From the IMG/VR virus record IMGVR_UViG_3300027899_001695, positions 1 to 64,000 of that record: a stretch of 64,000 nucleotides of DNA, one strand, 5' to 3'. The stretch's first letter is position 1; each line of letters begins with the position of its first letter. Made by a program: the position numbers and the translations under genes. The notes beneath the pieces are model-generated. The model ran no database searches and was not told the origin of the DNA. It saw only the letters and a program-made list of their open reading frames with translations. This stretch comes from a virus. This document shows, one piece after another, positions 51,201-59,754 of this stretch.

Positions 51201-51348
51201 GATGGTTGGTGATGTATCCACTCCTACGTTCAATGGTTCTGCAGGACAGAACTATAAGAAGAAGATTGGTAGTGCTTTGCATTTCAAGGCAAGGGGAGTA
51301 GAAGGAGTCTTTGATGTAATGAAGTCTGTTAAATTTGAGGATGTATAA
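48223..51348 (+). CDS. Polyvalent protein: HEAT/LRV-like repeats plus two GNAT-like acetyltransferase domains
   Basis: D.DP.VR-type repeats; KGMGKAA..RA...NAAEWWRK; IHIEYLAS...NGTGKRII...DAVPFYERIGF. Confidence 0.65.
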   Translation: MAEYKWQRRERKQKKNRERMPKHGKAQAQIYSDSLEKREKEKNKLLGRIDKMLMKQTPLEDTMGKNLQTIKPQQLAKVTNTTIPQAGQQIKQQQTQNRQVGQNAPQQPPAQRNISFGPNGADLLPNEIKQRLDKFNSQDQLMQINETVNLNAKNPQDYEMAKYLARSGSPKVQTMALNKLSAQDLDTMIQPTSPNTDAVAILAQKTQNPSYMRSMTKHTSPQVRMNLLKNPNITDLTMSEMYDDNDDQIRNRIVGQSTNQELLHLFISDKNPQIRARLVDKLDHDGLKILLTDSDPHVQAMAKKKLQGRFSKMEKSGNFQKPKRPIFIQQETDRLDNNQTTSISPERLPHFSHLGDVGSNSVNGKTYNTPSFSNKSLILKEITHFIKKAEGEIEHRMLKPEDIQAWIEDQIKSAKEEYPDIDINDINSKNLSPLHSRVIKPIIYAKQLLVDYPELNAKDRANITGTFKNGKLEAVHSIRESGPFGSHLNVVLSHIKNANPNNPNASKGMGKAAARRAIEISRNGGKTLTISPDTNAAEWWRKNVKDPTNGMITIKPAEYEGVLSRMDTPKIENEMDEEFTSYAEPLRKDKIMKADKQKTFPIEGEQLPLPDVGHEYDKEATQFPVRLPTKANSYHNAFGRYYQGPDGGKRRLVPLDELIDAPKTHMATNLGMTESGRWYRHRFPDTMQDEAEQHESNREYDREEERRRLQQETDDDEREREYGYDSDRDDDEDITGDEDYSSSANLPETELPNGAIKRGDHVFHKARNIQINDEENEKFLRQASQEWSRYSNYNPSTSGKYGGRGGRGAASVSMLQGVLGSYFRDVRAKEEDPSYEPWNKYMFVTSKRGTKKKLEGATRYQMGDGNIHIEYLASSPRNEKGMPNRLNGTGKRIIYKLAKMLDKQSKVPGGNQLPYIHLTYLPDAVPFYERIGFKHDGYGLTLDTQGIRNLLKNVRKDDKSGSPFFRKDADDWDNGWDDPDDYAEDEVVNKAVGMVGDVSTPTFNGSAGQNYKKKIGSALHFKARGVEGVFDVMKSVKFEDV

Positions 51349-52019
51349 TGGATAGTAGAAATAAGATATTAGAAGATTTATATTTTCTTCTTGTTAAAGC
51401 AGAAGATGCGGAAGAAATGATTGAAGAAGAGGCAAAGCCTGTTAAACCAAAGACAGAAATGCAACATCATATTCTTGATAGAGTAAAACATTTTAGTAAG
51501 GAGATGGATAGAATTCTAAAAGAAGAACAGAACATACAGAGTTTCTTACAGGGTTACTCACGATTAGCTTTGTTGTCTAAGTCGTATACTACTGATGAGG
51601 TAGGCGACTTATATGAAACAGCTAAGAGAGTTAATCTCTTTAAAGAGTTTAATATTGCCGAACCTATGGAACAAACAAGGCTTGATAAGGTAATCTTTAT
51701 AGATAACATTGCTCATCATTTACATCAGTTCAAGGAACCTAATGGTGCAGCGGTGTATAAGCAATTAGATAAACTTGCAGATATATCAAAATCTGCGGGA
51801 GAAAAAGAAAGAGATGATAGGTTACTTATTCTTGATAATCCTATGAATTTAAGAAAATTAGCCAAGATGAATAATCTTGAGATAATACAGAAAGGAGCCA
51901 TGCTTGATAGAGGGAGTTCTTTCTGGAGACTATTTGAGAAAGGTCTAAAAGTAGGTGTAGAAAGAATGTCGGATACAGAATTAGTAATTCTTAGAGAATG
52001 GTTGTATTCGAAAGTTTAA
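51348..52019 (+). CDS. Hypothetical putative head protein
   Basis: N-terminal KILEDLYFLLVKA helix. Confidence 0.5.
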   Translation: MDSRNKILEDLYFLLVKAEDAEEMIEEEAKPVKPKTEMQHHILDRVKHFSKEMDRILKEEQNIQSFLQGYSRLALLSKSYTTDEVGDLYETAKRVNLFKEFNIAEPMEQTRLDKVIFIDNIAHHLHQFKEPNGAAVYKQLDKLADISKSAGEKERDDRLLILDNPMNLRKLAKMNNLEIIQKGAMLDRGSSFWRLFEKGLKVGVERMSDTELVILREWLYSKV

Positions 52020-52072
52020 TAGTTGAATGTAACGTGGTAAAATTAAGTTAGTAATTAGGGAGGTACAGTAAT

Positions 52073-52849
52073 ATGTCACAAAGTGTATGGGATTCTGATT
52101 TTGGTGCTGTGTTTAAGCAAAGGTATGATATTCTTAAAGGAATAGATATAAAAAAAGGTGTCATGGGTGCTGTAGGTGGTGCAGTAGGCCATATGGTTGA
52201 CCCAACTGGTGTAGTTGGTCCTGCGATTGGTGGTGGTCTTGGTGCAGAGTTGGATAAATCGGAGAAAATGGAGAAAGAAAAGATAGATAAGACAGGTTAT
52301 ATGGATAATGAGTATAATAGATTAAATCCTATTGGTGGAGATAAACCTACTGCGACAGGGTATGAGCATGGTGATTCTCTACCGCCTAATCGGCCTCAAC
52401 CATATAATAGCCCACGTAGAAAACAAGATGTAAATGATGAAGATTTAGGTGATTTAAGAGTAGAGAATATGAATAAATCGCTTTATAAAGCTATTCGTTC
52501 TGTTGATAGGGTTCTTAAAGAACTTAGAGTCGTAGATACAGGTCTTAAAGGAGAACGGGTAGGAGAGATACGCCACGACTCCAATCCTAAAGGTAGTTCT
52601 GGTGGAGGTACAACTGCTCCTAGACCCAAAGAAAGAAAATTGCCGATAAAGAAAGAAGAAGAGTTTGCTATGAGTATGAATAAGTCACTTAATAAGTCTA
52701 TTAAGTCTGTTACTAAGATGCTTCATAAGCTTGATTCTTGTGGTGGTTCTACTGCTGGTTTAAATATTAAAAATGTTAAGGCAAAGAAGGATGGTGGAGG
52801 CGTATATCCTTCAAAAACTCCTCCGAAGCCTAAAACAAGGAAGGCATAA
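52073..52849 (+). CDS. Modular putative head protein with glycine zipper and repeated NKSL..KSI helices
   Basis: GVMGAVGGAVG...GGGLGA; MNKSLYKAIRSV, MNKSLNKSIKSV. Confidence 0.5.
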   Translation: MSQSVWDSDFGAVFKQRYDILKGIDIKKGVMGAVGGAVGHMVDPTGVVGPAIGGGLGAELDKSEKMEKEKIDKTGYMDNEYNRLNPIGGDKPTATGYEHGDSLPPNRPQPYNSPRRKQDVNDEDLGDLRVENMNKSLYKAIRSVDRVLKELRVVDTGLKGERVGEIRHDSNPKGSSGGGTTAPRPKERKLPIKKEEEFAMSMNKSLNKSIKSVTKMLHKLDSCGGSTAGLNIKNVKAKKDGGGVYPSKTPPKPKTRKA

Positions 52850-52850
52850 C

Positions 52851-53330
52851 ATGACTGCATGGTATAAAGAACCTAAGTATAACGGTGCTGGTATTATAGA
52901 GCAAATAGACTTAAAGAAAGCTATACCTGCTTTAGCTATGGCTGCCGCTCCTGTAGTTGCTGAAGCTGCAAAACCAGTTGCTCAAAATCTTGGGCAAAGA
53001 GCTTCAAAGCATATAGACAAAAAAGGCATTAATGTTCCTATAACAGGAGTTCCTATTGGACCTAGATTAAAAATTGGCGGGGATAAGAAAATGGAAAAAG
53101 AGCTTCCTACAGATGCTATGACGATGACTAATAAATCCTTAGTCAAATCAATTGACACCTTCCTAATGAGAAAGGGCATTCTTCAGAAGACTGCCAATAA
53201 GTCAGGGATGGCTCTTGGTTCGTATCAAAAATTGGGCGACCCAGTAAAGAGAATGGTAAACAATAGTGCCACCATTCAATCTCCAGATGTGTGGAGTGCT
53301 GGAAAGAAAACAACTAAAACAAAGGAATAA
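52851..53330 (+). CDS. Modular putative head protein
   Basis: LKKA, MEKE, NKSLVKSIDTFLMRKG. Confidence 0.5.
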   Translation: MTAWYKEPKYNGAGIIEQIDLKKAIPALAMAAAPVVAEAAKPVAQNLGQRASKHIDKKGINVPITGVPIGPRLKIGGDKKMEKELPTDAMTMTNKSLVKSIDTFLMRKGILQKTANKSGMALGSYQKLGDPVKRMVNNSATIQSPDVWSAGKKTTKTKE

Positions 53331-53332
53331 GA

Positions 53333-54775
53333 ATGACTGACTTAGATAGCATACGGTATAGGTTAGAATTACTATTAACCAAAGCTACACCTATGTCTGA
53401 ATATGATAGGATGATAAATGAACCAGACTTTGGTGCAGATATTGGTGGTATTCCTAACTTTTCTTCTTCTTCCGCAAAATCTAGAAAACCCAAAGCTCCT
53501 AAAATTCCAGTAGCGGAAGAGGGTGAAGTACAGCCGTATGTGTCTAATAGACAAAAGAAAGCAGAGAAGAGACGAAAAAGACAAGCAAAATTAGACGCAT
53601 TATTTGGTCAGTTTGTTGACCAAGAACAACAAGGGCTTCCTCCTAATCCTAAATTAAAAGGTCAAATAGACAAATATCTTAGAAGAATGTTTAAGGTGGA
53701 TGACTTAGATAAGGAATTAGCAGGAATGTCTCCTGAGGACCCTAATTATGCATCTACTCAAGATAAGAGAGACATGGCTCATAAGTTATGTGCAATTCGT
53801 GTTAATGCGGAGAAAGCAAAAGCCAGAACAAGTATGGGGCATAAAATGGAGAAAGCTTTATGGGGGGGAGACCCAAATGCTGTTCCAGAAGAACACCCCA
53901 ATCAAGCTAAACAAAGCCAACTTAACTTCTTTCCACAACATGAAAAAGCACCGCCTGTTAGACCCCAGTCAACAAAAGAAGGCCGAAGAGTATCAAGACG
54001 CCCTTTACGGAACTCGTTAATAAAGAGCATATTTAATTTTGGTAACATGCTTGAAAAAGCAGAAGGACCAAGAGACTATTCACAACCTGTCGATAGTGCT
54101 GAGGCATTTAAATATCGCAGGAATGTCCCCTCTGAACGAAGGGCTAATTACGAAGTTCTTAGAGAACAGGGTTTTACACCAGAAGAAGCTACTCGCTTAA
54201 AGGATTGGAAACCTGGGCCTTTAAGGACTATCATCCAGAACAAAGATAAACCCAATAGGGGGTTAGACCCTGAATGGATTGATGACCCACAACAGAAAAT
54301 GGATAAAGAGTTTGAGTTACTGGATGATTATAAAAATGCGGGAATAAAGAAAATTCCAGGAATGGAACCAATTGATGCAAATGAAGCACAAAGACTAAAT
54401 CAGTATTACCAACAAGTAGGTAAACCACTTATTCATGTACCTACACCAGAAGAATTTCAATCTCAAATGTTACAATACAAAGAAATGAAGAGAGAGGGTA
54501 AAGCACCCCCTATGTTTAACAAGGCATTAGCATATTTATTTGATTTAGATATCTCTAAAGCAGGAAATGCTATTAAGGAACTTGAAGACTTTATTAGAGA
54601 GTATGAAGCTACAATTAAATCAAGACCAAAGAACTGGTCACCAAAGGATATAGCTTCGCATACTCGTATGTTAAACAATGCTAAACAGCACTTAGAGGGC
54701 TACTATAAAAATAAACTTGTAGCTCCTGAAGCTCCTAAAATGCCCTTACAACAACAGTTACCTTTGGAGTATTAA
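53333..54775 (+). CDS. Modular putative head protein
   Basis: LTKA, MEKA, NSLIKSIFNFGNMLEKA, ISKA. Confidence 0.5.
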   Translation: MTDLDSIRYRLELLLTKATPMSEYDRMINEPDFGADIGGIPNFSSSSAKSRKPKAPKIPVAEEGEVQPYVSNRQKKAEKRRKRQAKLDALFGQFVDQEQQGLPPNPKLKGQIDKYLRRMFKVDDLDKELAGMSPEDPNYASTQDKRDMAHKLCAIRVNAEKAKARTSMGHKMEKALWGGDPNAVPEEHPNQAKQSQLNFFPQHEKAPPVRPQSTKEGRRVSRRPLRNSLIKSIFNFGNMLEKAEGPRDYSQPVDSAEAFKYRRNVPSERRANYEVLREQGFTPEEATRLKDWKPGPLRTIIQNKDKPNRGLDPEWIDDPQQKMDKEFELLDDYKNAGIKKIPGMEPIDANEAQRLNQYYQQVGKPLIHVPTPEEFQSQMLQYKEMKREGKAPPMFNKALAYLFDLDISKAGNAIKELEDFIREYEATIKSRPKNWSPKDIASHTRMLNNAKQHLEGYYKNKLVAPEAPKMPLQQQLPLEY

Positions 54776-55086
54776 TATGGAAGAAAGACTGATAGGAGAA
54801 TGTTATGAGCCTCCAGACGTTATTGAAGTTGCCAAAGAGAGCAACGCAGAAAAGATACGACACAATAAAGTATATAACGATTGCATTTGGAGCAGTCAGT
54901 ACAGTTATGGACATGTATATAGCGTTCCTGTTCGGAGCAGAGAACTATGTATTGGCATTCACCCTGCTAGGGGTGTCGATTATTCTGACTCTGATTGATA
55001 GTGTCCTATGGGTCTGGGTCTTGGAACAGATGGGAAGGAAAAAAGTGGAGCATGGAAAAAGAAATGGAAAGAGGAAGGAATAGAAT

Positions 55087-55455
55087 ATGGATTGGCACGA
55101 TGTAGTAGCAATAGTATCGCCTATTATGACTATATTTATATTTGTAATTGGTGGTCTTGTATCTTATTTTACTATAATTGGGGATATGAAAAATAGACTG
55201 ACGAAATTGGAGACTCAAATGCAACCATTTTGGAATTTAATAGAGAGAGAACTTCCAAAGATTATCCATTCCCCACATACACCAGAAATAGATGCCTTAT
55301 TAGAGAAAATGATAGAGGGCGTATTAACTAGAGACGAGGCGATAGACCTTAAATTTAAATTAAAAGAAGAGATGGAGATACCTGATGTGGCTAAGAAATT
55401 AGCCATAGTACTGATAATAGCGAGATTGGATTCATTAATAAAGGGGGTTAAATAG
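55087..55455 (+). CDS. Membrane-anchored coiled-coil protein
   Basis: N-terminal TM followed by RLTKLET coil. Confidence 0.55.
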   Translation: MDWHDVVAIVSPIMTIFIFVIGGLVSYFTIIGDMKNRLTKLETQMQPFWNLIERELPKIIHSPHTPEIDALLEKMIEGVLTRDEAIDLKFKLKEEMEIPDVAKKLAIVLIIARLDSLIKGVK

Positions 55456-55456
55456 A

Positions 55457-55789
55457 GTGGACTGCTATACTGTATTCGACACACTTGATATTATAACATT
55501 TATAATACTGTGTATTACTAGTTGGTATTCTTATAAAATATATAAGTTATTACCAGCACAAATGGTAACCTTTTTATTTATTGGATTTATTCTTTCCGCT
55601 TTTTTACAAATAGGGTTTGTAATAATTAGTTTTATACCTTTAGATGGGGAGTTTTTGATTGTAAATAGATTTATTGGAGAACTGACAGTAGCTTTAAGAG
55701 TAATACCGATTGCTTTTATTATGATTGGAACGATAAATCTGTATAAAGTAGTTACTAAATATATCAATGGAAATGGAGGTATACACTAA
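55457..55789 (+). CDS. Three-TM membrane protein
   Basis: Three hydrophobic segments; GTG start. Confidence 0.55.
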   Translation: MDCYTVFDTLDIITFIILCITSWYSYKIYKLLPAQMVTFLFIGFILSAFLQIGFVIISFIPLDGEFLIVNRFIGELTVALRVIPIAFIMIGTINLYKVVTKYINGNGGIH

Positions 55790-56035
55790 TGGGTTGTTCA
55801 ACATGCCCAATTTGCGGAGAAAGAAAACCTTGTCACGATGAGATTTGCTATAAATGTGAGTTGCAAAATCTCGATATAGGTAGAGATAAAAAGGAAGATA
55901 AATAAATGCCGTTTGGTCTATGTTGTTGTTTCTGGACTAACCTTGGGATGGGATTAGCATTGCTATTTCCTTTTCTTTCTGCCGCAATTTTTTATATAAC
56001 TAGTAAGTTCAAGAAACATGAATGTGAGGACGAAG

Positions 56036-56269
56036 ATGCCTGCTGTTAGTCGTGCACAGCATAGATTTATGGGTTTAGTAGCTTCTGGTAAGAAGAAAGT
56101 TAAAGGGCTATCTAAAGAAGATGCAAAAGAGTACATTCGTGGGCAAAAACGAGAAAATCTACCAGAACGAATTGAGAAATTTGTGCGGGAAAAGAAAGAA
56201 AAGATGAATTTACCATATAATCAAGGAACGTTTGGAGTCTCCCAAGCAGGAGTAGGAGCAAGAATATGA
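56036..56269 (+). CDS. Small basic protein, DUF3008-like (MPAVSRAQHRFM)
   Basis: N-terminal motif common in phage head regions. Confidence 0.5.
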   Translation: MPAVSRAQHRFMGLVASGKKKVKGLSKEDAKEYIRGQKRENLPERIEKFVREKKEKMNLPYNQGTFGVSQAGVGARI

Positions 56270-57321
56270 TAAGAAAAGACTTAGGTAACTATATGCGTTG
56301 GAAAACAATCCAACAACAAGGACCTTGTGAAGGACAATTTGATGGAATATGCCAAGGACCGAAGGGTATTGATGTACCAATGAGGCAACTTGCACATCGT
56401 AGACCTAAAGATAGAGAGGATGCTGAAAGAAGACTTATGTCTATGAACCAAGCTCCCAATAAAAAACCAGGGCATAAACCTAGGTTATATGATTCCTTGA
56501 ATAGACCTCATGCGTATCGTCATTTATGCCCTACTTGCCATCTCCATCATGATAACCATATGTTTGATGAAGGCTATCAAGAGCCTAAATGGGTGCTGGA
56601 TAATAAGTTTAGGCAGCTTATTAGAGATAGAAATAAGAATAAACAAAAGATAAAAAGGCATGGTGGAATTGTTAAATCTATAAATGACTTTGTAAGAAAA
56701 TTTGATAATACTATTGACCCAAATGAGCCAAGGCAAACAAGGTATTTACATAATTTACCTTCTAGAGACACTCATATTAAATATGAAGACCCGTTTGACC
56801 CTGAAATTTATATAGAAGAAGAATCAGATGAGGAGTACGTTCCTGAAATGCACACCCAAAATACAAGATTGCCAATAGAAACAAAAAGATATAATAAGAT
56901 AATGGATAGAATAAGCCCTCATGGAAGTCAAAAGATATTGGATAAAATTGTGGGTAAAGAAGATATACCATATGCGAAATCATTATGTAAGTCTATTAAT
57001 CAATTTGTAAGAAAGTTTGATACTTCTTATCTACCACATGAAGGAACGGCTAAATATAAACCACAGAACGAAGCAAGAGCAAGAATAAATAACAAGCTTG
57101 GACCACACTCTATGTCCAATCGTAAGCAAGAAGTAAATCCAGCCTCTTCACCACCTATGGGGTTTGGACAAAAGACTAATCCTGAAGAGCATATAGTACC
57201 TAACTATGTACCAAAGGATAAGACCCATGCTTTCAAGTATCGTGGTAGGACATATGATGCAAGCAGAATGACACCCGAAGAGCTTTCAGACATATTATCA
57301 GAGATGGAGCAACAGATATAA
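56266..57321 (+). CDS. Modular protein with HNH-like zinc nuclease module and two KSIN.FVRKFD helices
   Basis: CEG...C...LAH...LCPTCHLHHD; IVKSINDFVRKFD and LCKSINQFVRKFD. Confidence 0.55.
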   Translation: MIRKDLGNYMRWKTIQQQGPCEGQFDGICQGPKGIDVPMRQLAHRRPKDREDAERRLMSMNQAPNKKPGHKPRLYDSLNRPHAYRHLCPTCHLHHDNHMFDEGYQEPKWVLDNKFRQLIRDRNKNKQKIKRHGGIVKSINDFVRKFDNTIDPNEPRQTRYLHNLPSRDTHIKYEDPFDPEIYIEEESDEEYVPEMHTQNTRLPIETKRYNKIMDRISPHGSQKILDKIVGKEDIPYAKSLCKSINQFVRKFDTSYLPHEGTAKYKPQNEARARINNKLGPHSMSNRKQEVNPASSPPMGFGQKTNPEEHIVPNYVPKDKTHAFKYRGRTYDASRMTPEELSDILSEMEQQI

Positions 57322-58775
57322 TGAAGAATATTCTTCGTGACGTAGAACAAGAAATTGAGAGACGTGGCATCCAAGAAGATGATGTTGCAGATATTGTACA
57401 AAGTGTGCCTGCATTAAAGAATCGGAGGATAGTGGGCGGTTATGCAAGTGTAATTATGGTAGATAGAGAAGGCCACAAGATTACCAAAGAAGCTTTAGTT
57501 GATGCTACAAAGAGATTTATGGCTGAGATTTATTATCGCCCCATAAATGTGTTTCATTGCTTGACGGGGGAAACTCAAATAAGAACTACCTCAGGTTATA
57601 AAAATATAGAAGCAATTAAAGTAGGAGATAAGGTTTATACTCATACTGGAAAGAGCCAAAAAGTAACTAAAACGATTATGCATGAAAACAATGGCTTGGC
57701 TTTAAGATTAGAATTAGAGAATGGTGAAGTTATTCGTGTAACAGACGAGCATCCTATCTTAACTAAACGTGGGTGGGTAAAAGCAGGTGACTTAACTACT
57801 CAAGATATTCTTCTGCATTTAGAATCGTCTGCTAAAGAATACCATGATAAAGTACGAGGAAAGTCTTTAGTAGGTATATTTGGTATAGAGAAAGCTAAAG
57901 AAGTGTTATTAAAAATGCGGGGAAAAAGAGAAAGTTATACTGTTACAGAAAAACATAATTCGCAACAAAGAAAAGGGCATACATGGCAAGAAGTATATGG
58001 TCATAATAAACCTGATTATGGTGGCTGTGTTGGAGAAAAGAACCCTCAATTTGGTAACAAGGGTAGAATAACTGGAGAAAAGAACCCTAACTGGAACAAT
58101 GGGGCTTCTCTTATAGCTTATGGAATAGGGTTTACTAAAGAATTAAAAGAAAATATACGAAAAGCGTGTGACAACAGATGCTTCTTATGTGGAGAACAAC
58201 CCAAATATAGTCTTTCAATACATCATATTGATTACAATAAGAAGAATAATCAAGAAGATAATTTAATTGCATTATGTAGAAAGTGCCACATGAAAGCACA
58301 TAATGAAGAACGATTGGCTATTAAGAACGGAACTAATATCAAGTCTATCGAGAAGTTTTGGTATACTGGAAAGGTGTATAATCTTGAAGTAGATATAGAC
58401 CACACATATGTAGGAAAAGGTATTATCTACCATAATTCAGATGTTACAGTTGGAAGGATACTTCCTAAGTGGGCAAACCCAAAAACAGGTCAGATAGTAG
58501 TAACGCATGTAGATGATACTGGATGGTATATAGTTGCAGAAATTCGTGATGATGTTGAGATTGCTGATAAGGTATGGGAAGAGATAGAAAAAGGAAACTT
58601 ACGAAGTTTCTCAATTGCAGGGTCTTCTAAAGATAAAACTGAGGGATATAAAGATGGGAAGTTTATGACTGAAATAACAAAGTTAGACATATACGAAACT
58701 ACGATTTGCGAAGAGCCCGTTTGCCCTATGGCTAAATTTGACTTCTTCTATAATCCTAACGAAACTATAATGTAA
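57321..58775 (+). CDS. Prohead (capsid maturation) serine protease, HK97-type, with intein (mature ~191 aa)
   Basis: GYASV..VDREG, NVFH|S.VTVG, G.LRSFSIAG, YETT..EEP. Confidence 0.9.
   Translation: MKNILRDVEQEIERRGIQEDDVADIVQSVPALKNRRIVGGYASVIMVDREGHKITKEALVDATKRFMAEIYYRPINVFHCLTGETQIRTTSGYKNIEAIKVGDKVYTHTGKSQKVTKTIMHENNGLALRLELENGEVIRVTDEHPILTKRGWVKAGDLTTQDILLHLESSAKEYHDKVRGKSLVGIFGIEKAKEVLLKMRGKRESYTVTEKHNSQQRKGHTWQEVYGHNKPDYGGCVGEKNPQFGNKGRITGEKNPNWNNGASLIAYGIGFTKELKENIRKACDNRCFLCGEQPKYSLSIHHIDYNKKNNQEDNLIALCRKCHMKAHNEERLAIKNGTNIKSIEKFWYTGKVYNLEVDIDHTYVGKGIIYHNSDVTVGRILPKWANPKTGQIVVTHVDDTGWYIVAEIRDDVEIADKVWEEIEKGNLRSFSIAGSSKDKTEGYKDGKFMTEITKLDIYETTICEEPVCPMAKFDFFYNPNETIM
57558..58436 (+). 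mobile_element. Prohead protease intein (293 aa, HNH)
   Basis: CLTGETQI...TDEHP...HHIDYNKKNN..NLIALCRKCH...IIYHN|S. Confidence 0.9.
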
Positions 58776-58946
58776 GGAGAGTAAGAATGACAGTAGCAAT
58801 AATATGGATGATATGTGTAATAATATTACAAGTAGTACTAACAGTATTAATATGGAACAATGATACAAGATTAACAAGACTTGAAAAGACCAAGAAATCT
58901 TCTCTTTTCCCCGCAAAATTAAAAACAAAAGGTAAGGTAATACCCT

Positions 58947-59564
58947 ATGTCGCACCTATTAGAAAGAATAAATAGTTTAATTATTAAAGACGAGAAAACA
59001 AGAGGGCTAGTTACACCTAAAGATGTAATGGCCAAGCCTCATGCTATGGCTGGTAAAGTACGTAAGAAGCTTCGTAACGTAGAAGGAGGGCCACAAGACG
59101 AACCCATAAGTCCTACAAAAGAACGACATAGTGGAAAAAAGGGAAAAGTACCTAAGATAATCATGGAATGGGTAAGACGTAATGGTAAGATGTTTATGCG
59201 TAGGCGGACTATCATGGTAAATCCAGAAGAAGTTGAGTCACATGATAAAGTAGTAAAAGTATATTTGAACAAAAAGCATATAGATAACCCAAGATGGGTA
59301 GAGTTTGCGATGCAGGCCTATGCAAGAAATATTAAATTTACAAAGAAAATGGAAGGGTATGCAGTATGGCATGACCCTGAAGACCCTTTGCAGAAAATAG
59401 TATATAAGTCACATGATGATAAAAAGAAGACTGTACTGGTACATAATACAAAATTATCTGAAAAGGTATTATTGAGAGTATTTAATATTACGCAAAAAGA
59501 AAAACAAGAAGGCCTTGAAGAAGTCGAACAGCAACAAAAGAAACAAGGAATTATTCCTGAATAA
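58947..59564 (+). CDS. Basic putative head protein
   Basis: MSHLLERINSLIIKD N-terminal helix; VRRNGKMF...MVNP motif. Confidence 0.5.
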   Translation: MSHLLERINSLIIKDEKTRGLVTPKDVMAKPHAMAGKVRKKLRNVEGGPQDEPISPTKERHSGKKGKVPKIIMEWVRRNGKMFMRRRTIMVNPEEVESHDKVVKVYLNKKHIDNPRWVEFAMQAYARNIKFTKKMEGYAVWHDPEDPLQKIVYKSHDDKKKTVLVHNTKLSEKVLLRVFNITQKEKQEGLEEVEQQQKKQGIIPE

Positions 59565-59565
59565 A

Positions 59566-59603
59566 TGAAGAAGCCCAGACTAAAAATCTGGGCTTTCTTT
59601 CAT
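59566..59603. terminator. Intrinsic, probably bidirectional terminator
   Basis: AAGCCCAGA-CTAAAAA-TCTGGGCTT followed by TCTTT; between convergent genes. Confidence 0.8.
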
Positions 59604-59754
59604 ATACCGACATCGCAACATCGGTACTTAAATTGGTGGTGTACACCACAATGCAAGAGCAGTAAACAAGAGTATTAGTCCGATTGCCCATACAAGTAAT
59701 AACCTACCAAATCCCTGCATACTGTCAGTCTCCATATTATTCATCTTATGTCTA

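Noticed and set aside
31639-58775. Archaeal tailed virus, suggested by Zn-finger portal and many inteins
   Set aside because: DnaB, CHC2-TOPRIM primase, PolA, RecA, RuvC, sigma70 promoters and a lipobox indicate a bacterial host
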